Below, in pieces: positions 11,123-20,707 of a DNA stretch of 64,000 nucleotides. This DNA is from a virus (Duplodnaviria > Caudoviricetes). The notes beneath the pieces were generated by a model. It saw only the letters and a program-made list of their open reading frames with translations, made no database searches and was not told the origin of the DNA. The position numbers were made by a program, and so were the translations under genes. Each line of letters starts with the position of its first letter. Position 1 is the stretch's first letter. The DNA lies in IMG/VR virus record IMGVR_UViG_3300023048_000001, positions 1 through 64,000 of that record; one strand, 5' to 3'.

Positions 11123-12177
11123 TGTCATTATTTTCTAATTTTAAAAAAGTTCTTTTAAATAAAAAGACCGGTAACATAATTAACACAGACAAGAATCTTG
11201 AAAAATTTCAGGATGGGTTTACTTATGCATCAACAATACCATCATCACAATGGACCATAAATCACAATTTTGATTCTACTGATATCATTGTGGAGATTTT
11301 CATTTATGACGATAATAAGAATCTTATTAAGGTAAAACCAGTTGTCACTTTCATGGATGGGAAATCAATATTAGTTGATTTCCTCGGTGAACAGGTAACT
11401 GGTAAAGCAACTCTATTATTCTTTGGTACAACATTGGACCCAATGGATTTGGTAACACCATCCCCAAGCCCTACCAGCACTCTGACGCCAACCCCTACAC
11501 CAACAGCATCATCATCACCAACTCCTACCCCAACGATTTCATTATCGTTGACACCTTCACGTACACCAAAGCCAACCAATACAGCAACACCTTCTGTTAC
11601 GGCATCTGTCACACCAACGTTAACCATTACGCCAAGTTTGACACCATCACCAACACAAACATTGACACCAACAGCAACATCGTCGGTAACACCATCAGTG
11701 ACAGCATCAGTAACCCCAACGGTTTCGTTTACGCCATCGTCAACGGTTACGCCAACGCCTACAGCAACCCCTGAAGTTACCTCAACATTAACTCCAACAC
11801 CTGAACCATCAGTTTCCCCAACGTTGACACCTACAGCTACGGTAACTCCAACAATGACTGTAACTCCAACGTTGTCAGAAACACCTTCAATAACACCAAC
11901 ACAGACCCCATCTGAAAGTGTATCACCAACACCTTCACCAACAATTTCATTCACTCCAACGCTTACCTCAACCAGAACACCAACTGTTACGCCTACGATT
12001 TCCGTAACACCTTCAATAACACCAACGTTATCAGTTACGCCATCAATAAGCCCAACAATTTCTCTATCTGGATCGGTGACACCAACTATTACTGTAACTC
12101 CAAGTATCTCACCTTCAATGGAGCCGACACCTTCAATGTCAGCATCATTTGCAACACCAACACCGTCTAGTACCTAA
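11122..12177 (+). CDS. Anchor domain plus headless mucin-like PTS tail (351 aa)
   Basis: N-terminal PSSQWTINHNF...GKATLLFF module resembles the N-terminus of 1835..7480; the last ~240 aa are almost entirely T/S/P/V. Confidence 0.75.
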   Translation: MSLFSNFKKVLLNKKTGNIINTDKNLEKFQDGFTYASTIPSSQWTINHNFDSTDIIVEIFIYDDNKNLIKVKPVVTFMDGKSILVDFLGEQVTGKATLLFFGTTLDPMDLVTPSPSPTSTLTPTPTPTASSSPTPTPTISLSLTPSRTPKPTNTATPSVTASVTPTLTITPSLTPSPTQTLTPTATSSVTPSVTASVTPTVSFTPSSTVTPTPTATPEVTSTLTPTPEPSVSPTLTPTATVTPTMTVTPTLSETPSITPTQTPSESVSPTPSPTISFTPTLTSTRTPTVTPTISVTPSITPTLSVTPSISPTISLSGSVTPTITVTPSISPSMEPTPSMSASFATPTPSST

Positions 12178-12185
12178 GGATTAGT

Positions 12186-12989
12186 ATGAAAAATAAACCA
12201 TATTTTGATCAACCATTTGCAAACTTTTGGTATGATGAGCAATTTGTAACATATATCACTAATACGATGGCCGTATTCTCAGAACTATATGTTAAGATTG
12301 GTAAGAATGATTTTGATTCACAGAGTTCTCTGGTTAAGGTTCCAGTCCGTTATGGTGGTGCAGATCGTGTTGTGGATGCAATTATTGCTGGAAATACACA
12401 GAACGTCCCGTTAAGATTACCAGTTATCTCAATCAAATTAGCTGATGTTCAGCCGGATCGTTCGCGCGCCAAAGGTACTGGAACTACCGAAAGAAGAGTA
12501 TTCAAGACTCGCGGTGGTTCTCTTCCTGATGACTTGACAGTCATGCACAGAAGAACAGCTAACCCTTATGAGTTCTTCTTTGAAGTGAATTTCTTTGTAT
12601 CAAATGAACTACAGAAGTTCCAGTTGCAGGAACAAATTTTAACGATCTTTGATCCATCCATTCAGATTCAAACAAGTGATGACCCATTTGATGGAACCAA
12701 AATTTATAACCTTGATTTGGTAAGTGTAAATTTCGAAGAAAATTATCCGGCAGGAACAGATAAGAAAATCATCCAGTTCAGCATGATTATGAGCGCTCAT
12801 GGTTGGTTGCAGGTTCCGCTAGATTTTAGACTTGACTACATTAAAAGAGTCATGCTTAAGGTTACCAAACTTGATCAGAATGATAGTTACTTTGAACAAA
12901 TTGAGGCTGAAATCAATCGCCCCGCAGATGAAGATGGCTATGAAACTATCATTGATGTAGACAAAATGGATGATTTACCGAGAGAATAA
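12186..12989 (+). CDS. Tail sheath stabiliser/terminator (T4 gp15-like)
   Basis: YDEQ...FSELYV...KVPVRYG...RLPVIS...PYEF...EQILTIFDP motifs; directly upstream of the sheath gene. Confidence 0.8.
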   Translation: MKNKPYFDQPFANFWYDEQFVTYITNTMAVFSELYVKIGKNDFDSQSSLVKVPVRYGGADRVVDAIIAGNTQNVPLRLPVISIKLADVQPDRSRAKGTGTTERRVFKTRGGSLPDDLTVMHRRTANPYEFFFEVNFFVSNELQKFQLQEQILTIFDPSIQIQTSDDPFDGTKIYNLDLVSVNFEENYPAGTDKKIIQFSMIMSAHGWLQVPLDFRLDYIKRVMLKVTKLDQNDSYFEQIEAEINRPADEDGYETIIDVDKMDDLPRE

Positions 12990-13012
12990 TCCAAAATTAG
13001 AATTACATATTC

Positions 13013-13020
13013 TATAAATA
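13013..13020 (+). promoter_or_regulatory. Late promoter (TATAAATA, exact T4 consensus)
   Basis: 33 nt upstream of the sheath ATG; GGGAG RBS follows. Confidence 0.8.
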
Positions 13021-13053
13021 TTTAAAAATCAATATTAAATGGGAGATTTTTAA

Positions 13054-15183
13054 ATGGCATCAAACTTAATTTCACCGGGCGTATCGGTCAATATCATTGA
13101 TCAGTCATTCTACGTTTCTGGTATCGCTTCATCTGTTCCGTTGCTATTCATTGCAACTGCTGACCAGAAATTGCAGGCTGATGGTGTCACACCAGCGCTA
13201 GGTACTTATGACTATGGTGTTCTCCGTGAAGTAACGTCTGTCCAGCAGTCACAGAACCTTTTCGGTACTCCTAGATTCCTAACTTCCCCAACTGGTGATG
13301 CATATCACGGTGATGCTCGTAACGAATATGGCCTAGACGCCATCAATAAAGCTTTGGAAATTGTAGACCGCGTGTATGTTATTCGTGCAAACGTTAACCT
13401 AGATGACTCAATCGAAAGCATTCAGGGCCTATGGGAAAGAAAGATTTCCGATGCTGCTGACTATTTGAACACTCTTGTTCAGAGCTATGTTGACCAGACT
13501 AATCTAGCAAATGGTTTCCTACCATCTGATCCGGGTTATGTAGAAACTGTAACTGGTGAACAGTTGAAGACACTAGTAAACGAAGCATTAGCTGATACAC
13601 TAGCGTCATTCTCATTCTCATCACAGAAGTTCCAGAACGCATTCATTCAGGACCATGATGTTCCACACGCTGGTTATCAGGATGTTCTATTCACAACATC
13701 AGGTGGTTTCCTACAGCTATCAGATATCACAGGTCTTCTTCCAGCTTCACGCTATAGCGCTGATGTTGAAGTAGTAAGTGGTACTGGTACTCAGGTTGTC
13801 AACGTCTCACTATTGGGTCGTCAGGCTGTCACCTTTGGTGATCTAGTCAGCTATTTGACAGCACATCTAGGTGCTGCCGGTTCCGCACAGCTACTAAACG
13901 GTAGATTGCGTTTAACCTCAAGCCTAGCTGGGGTAACATCATCTGTTAATATAATTGCTGACGGCGTAAGCGGTTCACTACCATTGTTCGCAAGCCTAAA
14001 CCTATATCAGTCATTGGATGTTCCTGTTGATGGTACCGGTTCTGGTGCACTAAACATTTATGATTCAACATATACAACTATCGTTGGTTCATACACTGGT
14101 TTGGATGATATGATTGATAGTTGGACAAGTGGTAACGTCATTCCAGATGAATTTACTGCTGCTGAAGCTGAGGGTCTATTGTCTGCTGCTGGTTCAGATT
14201 TTGAATTCACCAATGAATTCAAAAATTACACTATTCTAGGTGCTAACGATGCAGCACGTCGTGCTGCCATTGTTAAGGCTCTTCAGGCTGCAATTAATGA
14301 TCCATCATCTGGTGTAACTTCAGATGCATTGGATTACAACGTTGTTGCATGTCCGGGTTACTTCGAAACTTCAGATGAACTAGTACGTCTATCACAGTCT
14401 GTACGTTCAGAAGTATTCGTAGTTGGTGAAACACCATTCGATAAGGCTCCTACAGGTCCAAGCGGTATCACAACATGGGCTGTAACTCCTGCAAGAACAA
14501 ACAACAGCCTAATTGGTTACTGGTATGGTCATGGTATTTCTTCAAACCTTGACGGTGCTGACATCATGACATCTGCTGGATCAACCGCTGTTAGAACTAT
14601 CCTATACAACGATTCAGTCGGTGAACTATGGTATGCACCAGCCGGTGTAACAAGAGGTACATGCCCACACCTAAGCAATGTAGGTTATGTAACTGGTACA
14701 TTAGGTACTGCAACAACATTTACACAGAACTACCTAGATGATGGTACTCGTGATTCATTGTACGAAAACCCAAAAAATATCAACCCAATTTCATACATTC
14801 CGGGTCGTGGTATTTTGGTAATGGGTCAGAAGACATCACAGACTGCAACATCAGCATTGGATAGAATCAACGTTCAGCGCATGACCTTGTACATCAAGCG
14901 TCAGCTAAGAAAGGCATTGTTCGCATTCTTGTTCGAACCAAACGACAAGAAGACTTGGGATTCAGTCAAGTCCATGGTTGACAATTTCATGAGTACTCTG
15001 GTTTCACGTAGAGGTCTATATGACTACCTAGTAGTTTGCGACGCATCTAACAACACAGGTGACACTATTGACAACAACGAACTTCATGTAGCTGTTTACA
15101 TGAAGCCAGTCAAGGCAGTAGAGTTTATCTACGTTGACGTGACACTTGTAAACACTGGTACTGATCTATCCACTGTAGTTTAA
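13054..15183 (+). CDS. Contractile tail sheath protein (T4 gp18-like)
   Basis: SPGVSV N-terminus; WYAPAGVTRG, INPI, GQKT, ALDRINVQR, LFEPND, KPVKAVEFI. Confidence 0.95.
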   Translation: MASNLISPGVSVNIIDQSFYVSGIASSVPLLFIATADQKLQADGVTPALGTYDYGVLREVTSVQQSQNLFGTPRFLTSPTGDAYHGDARNEYGLDAINKALEIVDRVYVIRANVNLDDSIESIQGLWERKISDAADYLNTLVQSYVDQTNLANGFLPSDPGYVETVTGEQLKTLVNEALADTLASFSFSSQKFQNAFIQDHDVPHAGYQDVLFTTSGGFLQLSDITGLLPASRYSADVEVVSGTGTQVVNVSLLGRQAVTFGDLVSYLTAHLGAAGSAQLLNGRLRLTSSLAGVTSSVNIIADGVSGSLPLFASLNLYQSLDVPVDGTGSGALNIYDSTYTTIVGSYTGLDDMIDSWTSGNVIPDEFTAAEAEGLLSAAGSDFEFTNEFKNYTILGANDAARRAAIVKALQAAINDPSSGVTSDALDYNVVACPGYFETSDELVRLSQSVRSEVFVVGETPFDKAPTGPSGITTWAVTPARTNNSLIGYWYGHGISSNLDGADIMTSAGSTAVRTILYNDSVGELWYAPAGVTRGTCPHLSNVGYVTGTLGTATTFTQNYLDDGTRDSLYENPKNINPISYIPGRGILVMGQKTSQTATSALDRINVQRMTLYIKRQLRKALFAFLFEPNDKKTWDSVKSMVDNFMSTLVSRRGLYDYLVVCDASNNTGDTIDNNELHVAVYMKPVKAVEFIYVDVTLVNTGTDLSTVV

Positions 15184-15204
15184 TCTACAGAAATAAGAAA
15201 AAAG

Positions 15205-15228
15205 AAACCCGCCTTTCGGCGGGTTTTT
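15205..15228. terminator. Bidirectional intrinsic terminator
   Basis: AAACCCGCC-TTTC-GGCGGGTTT hairpin with T/A tracts between convergent genes. Confidence 0.85.
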
Positions 15229-15246
15229 ATTGGGATATTATATTGA

Positions 15247-15990
15247 TTACTGGATTTTGTGTTCGTAGTAATCTTTCAAACGAGATTCAAGCTTAGCTTT
15301 GAAGTCTTTATCAAGCATCTTGTACTTGTCTTTACCATAAACTTCAATAGCCTTAGGTAGGAACTCACCAACGTTAGAGCCAACCATTTCTTTCTTTAAC
15401 TTATTTAAACTTAGTTTAAGAACTTCTTTGTGGCCTAGGTCTTCACTAGCACGTTCAACTCTATCATCTACTTCTTTCTTAGCATCAAAATACTGAGCTA
15501 GTTTTGTATTAAGTTGATTTACGAGTTCAACATATGACTTCTCAAAAGCATTTCTGGTATTGAGAGCATTGGTCTGCTCATAAGACGAACCCTTATCGTC
15601 ATCATCACTACCTTCATCAGGTGTTGCATCATTGAAGAATTTAAAGAAAGCACTCTTGAAATCTGATGAACGCTTAGCATCTGATAGAAAGGTATCGATA
15701 TTATGGCGTTTTGGAAGTCTTGGGGTTGATATAAAAATAGCGTGGCGATTGTCTTCACTATGACGACCGATCTTAATACCTTCCTTGCCCTTTACAATAT
15801 AAAGTTCAAGGTTATTGTATTTCTTGTTCTTGATTAGTCTACCTACATTCAACTTGATTTTGTCAGTTGAATAATCTACGTGACCATCATCAGCCATGTC
15901 AATGATTTTTTGAAGGACAAGCATAGCCTCATTATCTACAGGCTTTTTGTCGAAAAGCTCATAAAGTAAATGTTCTTTGAAGGATTGCAT
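15247..15990 (-). CDS. Hypothetical late protein, possible internal head protein
   Basis: 247-aa charged ORF; N-terminus MQSFKEHLLYE resembles T4 capsid-targeting leaders; late promoter at 16015-16022. Confidence 0.55.
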   Translation of the reverse strand: MQSFKEHLLYELFDKKPVDNEAMLVLQKIIDMADDGHVDYSTDKIKLNVGRLIKNKKYNNLELYIVKGKEGIKIGRHSEDNRHAIFISTPRLPKRHNIDTFLSDAKRSSDFKSAFFKFFNDATPDEGSDDDDKGSSYEQTNALNTRNAFEKSYVELVNQLNTKLAQYFDAKKEVDDRVERASEDLGHKEVLKLSLNKLKKEMVGSNVGEFLPKAIEVYGKDKYKMLDKDFKAKLESRLKDYYEHKIQ

Positions 15991-16014
15991 AGTTCTCTCA
16001 TTAATTGTTTTTAT

Positions 16015-16101
16015 TATTTATCAAAGAAGAACACCCATACCTTAATATCGTTGAGTTTAAGGTAATGATTTGTCCAGATTTTTTCTGCCAGTTGATAAAT
16101 A
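16015..16101. promoter_or_regulatory. Divergent late promoter pair (GATAAATA at 16015-16022 on -, 16094-16101 on +)
   Basis: 24 and 27 nt upstream of the starts at 15990 and 16129. Confidence 0.7.
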
Positions 16102-16128
16102 ATAAGAAATCAGCATTGGAGATTCTGA

Positions 16129-16713
16129 ATGGCAACATTACAAGACGTTGGTAACGATACCGGTAGTATTGGTATTTACCAGCCAAAAATTAGAAACAAG
16201 TGGAGATTGACATTCATTGGTGTTGGTAACAGCATTGATGACGGTGAAGCTTTGACCGTTCAGGCCGTAACTGCTGAGCGTCCTAAGTTGAACTTTGAAA
16301 AGATCACGCTTGATCGTTACAACTCTCGCGTATTCATTGCTGGTAAACACAGCTTTGATCCTATGAACATTACGTTTGAAGATGATATTGGTGGTAAGGT
16401 AGCTACGTCTATTCAGAACCAGCTTGAAAGACAGCAGAACATCATCGCTCAGACTCCTAGCCCATTGCTACCATCATCTGCCGCTGGTGAACTATATAAA
16501 TTCTCCATTAGAATTGACATGTTGGATGGTGGTGAAGTTATTCTTGAATCATGGTCTATCGAAGGTTGCTGGTTAGAGAGCGTCGATTGGACTGACCTTG
16601 ACTACACTGCAAGTGAACAGGTTAAGATTAACATCACAGTTAGCTATGACCATGCACGTCAGAGAAACACTGGTACAGAGTTAGATGCTCACAACGGCTC
16701 AGGCCCACTATAA
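16129..16713 (+). CDS. Tail tube protein (T4 gp19-like)
   Basis: QPKIRNKWR...RPKL...YNSRVFIAGK...ITFEDD...ESWSIEGCW...LDY...YDHA. Confidence 0.88.
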   Translation: MATLQDVGNDTGSIGIYQPKIRNKWRLTFIGVGNSIDDGEALTVQAVTAERPKLNFEKITLDRYNSRVFIAGKHSFDPMNITFEDDIGGKVATSIQNQLERQQNIIAQTPSPLLPSSAAGELYKFSIRIDMLDGGEVILESWSIEGCWLESVDWTDLDYTASEQVKINITVSYDHARQRNTGTELDAHNGSGPL

Positions 16714-16731
16714 GGTTATTTCAACCTCATC

Positions 16732-16760
16732 GAAAAGCCCCTTTTTAGGGGCTTTTCTTT
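16732..16760 (+). terminator. Intrinsic terminator after the tail tube gene
   Basis: GAAAAGCCCCT-TTTT-AGGGGCTTTTC plus T tract. Confidence 0.85.
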
Positions 16761-16761
16761 T

Positions 16762-16769
16762 TATAAATA
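16762..16769 (+). promoter_or_regulatory. Late promoter (TATAAATA)
   Basis: 18 nt upstream of ATG 16788. Confidence 0.75.
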
Positions 16770-16787
16770 TATTAAACAGGATGTATC

Positions 16788-17330
16788 ATGACCATAGTAT
16801 TTAAACCAAAATTCTCCATTGATCGTATTCAGTCGAATTATTTTTCTAGAAGTTTAGATACTTCACTCGCTACATTCATTACAAATAATTTTACCTCTGA
16901 TACATCAAGTATCAGCAGTCAGGCTGTGACATTACCAGCTACTGGTGTTGATAAAGTTTTTTTATCATCTATTATAATCGATTATGGTAATGGACCTATT
17001 TCTCAAGGACTAGATTCCATTCTATTAATTAATAGAAATGTGATAAATGGGACAACCGCAACCAGTGATATTTTTGGTAATGAAATAGTTGCATATGGTA
17101 GCGTTGATTTTAAAACATCATCCAAGGACACCGCTAGGCAGATTATAGTAGCTAACTTAAAGATGACAAATGTACTCTCATATGCCTCTGCAAGTTTGCA
17201 AGCAACATACTATGCACAAATAGATAGTATCGTCATTGATGTTAAATCGGGTAAATACACTGTAGACAAATATAAAAGTACTTTGCTGAATTTGTCTAAG
17301 CAGATTGCAAGGGTACTATTGAACAAATAA
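16788..17330 (+). CDS. Hypothetical late protein
   Basis: 180-aa ORF with AGGA RBS and late promoter, in the tail cluster. Confidence 0.6.
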   Translation: MTIVFKPKFSIDRIQSNYFSRSLDTSLATFITNNFTSDTSSISSQAVTLPATGVDKVFLSSIIIDYGNGPISQGLDSILLINRNVINGTTATSDIFGNEIVAYGSVDFKTSSKDTARQIIVANLKMTNVLSYASASLQATYYAQIDSIVIDVKSGKYTVDKYKSTLLNLSKQIARVLLNK

Positions 17331-17331
17331 T

Positions 17332-18198
17332 ATGGCACAAATAATTAGACCAAACACATTTACTCCAACTAGAAAGCTTAAAAACTCTATTGGCTCAGCA
17401 GATACCCTCGACTCACAAGGCTTTCCAGCTTTAGCAGCCGATATTCCTGATCGCTTTGCTACTACTGAGCAACCTAAGTTAAAGTTTTTATTCACAGTTA
17501 CTTTCTATCCAAGAGAAGAAAACATGACGCTTCCAGAAACGGGAGTGGATAACATGGATGAGAATAGTTTTGCATTGAAGCGTGCGACACGACCTAATCC
17601 ACAAATCACATATCAGGATGTTAACTTTTACAATTATAGAACAAAGATTGCAACTAAAACTGATTACGGTACAGTCTCTCTAACATTCTATGATGATGTA
17701 GTCCATAGAGCGCACTCGATTTTCACAAATTATCTAACTACGGTAAGCCCTATCTTCAGCGTAAATAAGGATCAAATTGATCTTCTAAAAGAGATTGATG
17801 ACGATACTGGCTTGATCAGGGGATCAAGTATTGGACGCTTAAATAAAGGTGCAGGACCATTTAAATATATGCGTGTAACCCACTACATGATAAATCCCAT
17901 GGGAAATGATCCAATGGATAGAACCATGTCACAGATGGTTCATTATGACTATATAAATCCTAAGATTGTTAATTTTAATCTTGATGAACTAGACATGTCA
18001 CAATCTGATGTTAGCAGCATTGAATTCGTATTCAACTATGATTCTGTAAACGTTGTTTACGACAACCCATTGGTTGCATCTAATAACAATAGCGCAACAT
18101 CGACATCTGACAATACACAGAATGTAAAAGCAACATCAGTCAATCCAACAGTAACCGTCTCCCCAGCAGGTGATGTTAATGGAATAGGTATCTCATAA
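17332..18198 (+). CDS. Tail-tube-fold baseplate protein (tube initiator/cap, gp54/gp48-like)
   Basis: KFLFTVTF...RATRP...NFYNYRTK...TVSLTFYDD...LDELDM...FNYDSV parallels the tube protein motifs. Confidence 0.65.
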   Translation: MAQIIRPNTFTPTRKLKNSIGSADTLDSQGFPALAADIPDRFATTEQPKLKFLFTVTFYPREENMTLPETGVDNMDENSFALKRATRPNPQITYQDVNFYNYRTKIATKTDYGTVSLTFYDDVVHRAHSIFTNYLTTVSPIFSVNKDQIDLLKEIDDDTGLIRGSSIGRLNKGAGPFKYMRVTHYMINPMGNDPMDRTMSQMVHYDYINPKIVNFNLDELDMSQSDVSSIEFVFNYDSVNVVYDNPLVASNNNSATSTSDNTQNVKATSVNPTVTVSPAGDVNGIGIS

Positions 18199-18647
18199 TG
18201 GCATGGGCTAAAGGTTTATATACAGCAAAAAACCCACACAAATATCTAGGTGATTTGGACAAAATCATTTATCGATCTTCATGGGAGCGTTCATTTTTTG
18301 AATTCCTCGATGATAATCCACATATTATAAATTGGGCATCAGAACCATTCCCTATCCCTTACATGAAACCAACTATGGTAAATAATAAGCCTACTGTTAA
18401 GAAAGCTAATTATTTCCCTGATTTATTTGTGGAATATGTAGATAAGGAAGGTAATGTTCATCAAGAATTACTTGAAATCAAGCCTCAAAAACAAACAAAG
18501 CCTTCAAGATCAAAGAAGGCTACTGTAAAAATACAGGAAGACTATGCATTCGCTGTTAACACCGCCAAGTGGAAGGCCGCTAAGGACTGGTGTAAGCATA
18601 ATGGAATGGATTTTAAAATAGTCACAGAAAAGTCAATATATCTGTAA
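18198..18647 (+). CDS. Head completion nuclease (T4 gp4-like, TnsA-type PD-(D/E)xK)
   Basis: NPHKYLGD...IYRSSWE...WASEP...YFPD...EIKP...NTAKWKAA. Confidence 0.88.
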   Translation: MAWAKGLYTAKNPHKYLGDLDKIIYRSSWERSFFEFLDDNPHIINWASEPFPIPYMKPTMVNNKPTVKKANYFPDLFVEYVDKEGNVHQELLEIKPQKQTKPSRSKKATVKIQEDYAFAVNTAKWKAAKDWCKHNGMDFKIVTEKSIYL

Positions 18648-18653
18648 TTTTGC

Positions 18654-18661
18654 CATAAATA
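18654..18661 (+). promoter_or_regulatory. Late promoter (CATAAATA)
   Basis: 22 nt upstream of ATG 18684. Confidence 0.65.
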
Positions 18662-18683
18662 TAAACAAATACTGGAATTTATA

Positions 18684-20216
18684 ATGGGATTTAAAAACTT
18701 CCTACAAGAAAACGCATCAGCCGGTTCAACAAGTGCAAGTTCAATTGCTTCAGGTGACTCACGTACAGCACGTAGTGAACACCGTTCAGCCGACAATGAC
18801 TGGCATTCAACCCGTGACCGTGAGAAGCATGATGAGAAACATTATGCTGGAATGCGTGAGAAGATTTCCGCTGCCAAGGAAAAATCCGCAGCACAGAAGA
18901 AAAAGAAAGGCTCATTCAAAAGTTTTTTATTTGGTAAAACAAATGAAGCATTTGATATGGGTGATGTTGTCTCACGCCTAAAGAATGTAGATATGGAATC
19001 ATCTGCCTCCGGTCAGGAAGACTCCGTAGTATCCTATGGTGTTGAGGACGATAAGGGTAATATAATGCGTATTACCGTCCGCGCCCATCAGGCAAAAGAA
19101 TTTGAAGAAACTCTAGCTACTCAGCTAGCAGACAATAAAGAAAACAAGAAGAATGGTATCAATCTTCAGGGTAATTCACTTGCTGAAATTCTTTATAATT
19201 TAAGAGATACATTTGAAATTATCACTGTTGACTTCCCTATTATTCCTAAGGATGTAGTCTACAATGCTGACATGGCGAGCAAAGCTCCTGCTGTTGGTAT
19301 GGCAACTGATGAAGATGCAGGTGGTGATTTGGATGCAGGTTTTGATAATTTTGATCAAGGTGCTGATCTATCAGCCGATTCATTAGGTGGTGATGCTGGT
19401 TCAGACGGCCTAGGTGATGATCTAGGTGATGACCTTGGCGATGGCACTGGTGGTGCTGATGATGGCCTTGGTGGTGATCTAGGTGGCGATACTGGACTAG
19501 GTGGTGGTACTGGTGATGATCTTGATTTAGAAGGTGATAATGTTGAAGACTTTTCAGAAGACCCAGCAGCATCAGATGATCAAGGTTCCATTCTACAAAG
19601 CATTATTTCCATGTTGAAAGCACAGGCTAATGCACAGGAAGCAACATCCAATGCTGCTGCTGAAGAAGCTCGCGCAAAGCAGTCCGAATGGTCAGCAATC
19701 GCAGCCGATAAGGAAGTTCGCAGACAGGAAGAGCTAGCTAGAGTTGATGCACAGTATCAGGCTCAGAAGAAGAAGGATAAGGAAGCTAAGAAATATGCAG
19801 ACCTTGCCCGATTTAATGTTGAAAAAGCTCAAGGTGGTATGAGAGAATCATTTCTTATGGCCGCACTAAAGCTAAATGAAGATCAATTTGATGACCCACG
19901 AGCGCTTCAGAAACAGAAGGACAGTTTGACATCAAAGTATCAGCTAAATGCTGGTGACAGTGCTGAAACCAAAATCTACAAGCAGAAAATGTATAAATTA
20001 GAACTGACACAGTTGGATAGCAGAATTGCTGCTGCCCGTTTGACTGCACAGTTTAATGCTGATAATCAGGCTCAGAACCAAAACAATCAGCAACAGCAGA
20101 ATCCTAACCAACAGCAACAGCCACAACCAAATCAAAATGCACCAGTCCCAAACACAGCAGCACCAAGCGCTGGACAAGGTGCGGGTACCTCACCATCTAA
20201 TAGTGGAGTAAACTAA
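18684..20216 (+). CDS. Low-complexity late protein, probable prohead core/internal head protein
   Basis: MGFKNFLQE leader, Gly/Asp-rich tract, coiled coil, Q/N-rich tail. Confidence 0.55.
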   Translation: MGFKNFLQENASAGSTSASSIASGDSRTARSEHRSADNDWHSTRDREKHDEKHYAGMREKISAAKEKSAAQKKKKGSFKSFLFGKTNEAFDMGDVVSRLKNVDMESSASGQEDSVVSYGVEDDKGNIMRITVRAHQAKEFEETLATQLADNKENKKNGINLQGNSLAEILYNLRDTFEIITVDFPIIPKDVVYNADMASKAPAVGMATDEDAGGDLDAGFDNFDQGADLSADSLGGDAGSDGLGDDLGDDLGDGTGGADDGLGGDLGGDTGLGGGTGDDLDLEGDNVEDFSEDPAASDDQGSILQSIISMLKAQANAQEATSNAAAEEARAKQSEWSAIAADKEVRRQEELARVDAQYQAQKKKDKEAKKYADLARFNVEKAQGGMRESFLMAALKLNEDQFDDPRALQKQKDSLTSKYQLNAGDSAETKIYKQKMYKLELTQLDSRIAAARLTAQFNADNQAQNQNNQQQQNPNQQQQPQPNQNAPVPNTAAPSAGQGAGTSPSNSGVN

Positions 20217-20707
20217 TGCGTTTTGAATCTTTAGAAGAACTCATTGTGTATTTTGTTAAGGGTGACAAGAACGTTCAGGACTATGACATTGAACTCACTG
20301 TCAGGCCGGAAATTGCTCCTGCTAAAGATTCAAATGATGAAGTTGAACCCGAAGATGGTGTGGAACCAGCCGAGGAATTGGTAACAGAATCCACAAAGGT
20401 TAGATTGACTGGCTTGAATGGTTTGAGTATCATGGAAGCATCCATTGGTGATGAAAATATTTTATACGTTGATTCCTATGAAGCAGTAAAGGATTACTGT
20501 GGAACAGGTAAGATCAATGTGTTTGGTAAAACTCTAGTCGTTAATATGTGCGAAATGAATGATGTTGCACAAACACAAATGTCCATTGACATCAACGGCG
20601 TTTCTTCTTATAATGTTGACTTTAAATTACGCTTACTTTCTGAAAAGCCAGAGGGTTCGCCGGTAATTCAATTAAAGGAAGTATTATTGGATGTCAAACA
20701 AGTATAA
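20216..20707 (+). CDS. Hypothetical acidic protein
   Basis: 163-aa ORF, translationally coupled on both sides. Confidence 0.6.
   Translation: MRFESLEELIVYFVKGDKNVQDYDIELTVRPEIAPAKDSNDEVEPEDGVEPAEELVTESTKVRLTGLNGLSIMEASIGDENILYVDSYEAVKDYCGTGKINVFGKTLVVNMCEMNDVAQTQMSIDINGVSSYNVDFKLRLLSEKPEGSPVIQLKEVLLDVKQV

Noticed and set aside
236-11954. Minus-strand Val/Gly/Thr/Asp-rich ORFs (236..523, 1978..2676, 2923..3477, 3694..4299, 8908..9168, 11304..11954)
   Set aside because: Antisense shadows of PTS codons, which rarely produce stops on the opposite strand; no RBS or promoter.
16048-16074. TACCTTAA-N11-TTAAGGTA inverted repeat between divergent late promoters
   Set aside because: A single AT-rich 8-bp arm pair with no second copy noticed; could be chance.
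18198-18647. TnsA-like nuclease as a Tn7 or homing element
   Set aside because: Motifs and position match the conserved T4 gp4 head completion protein; no transposon genes or ends.
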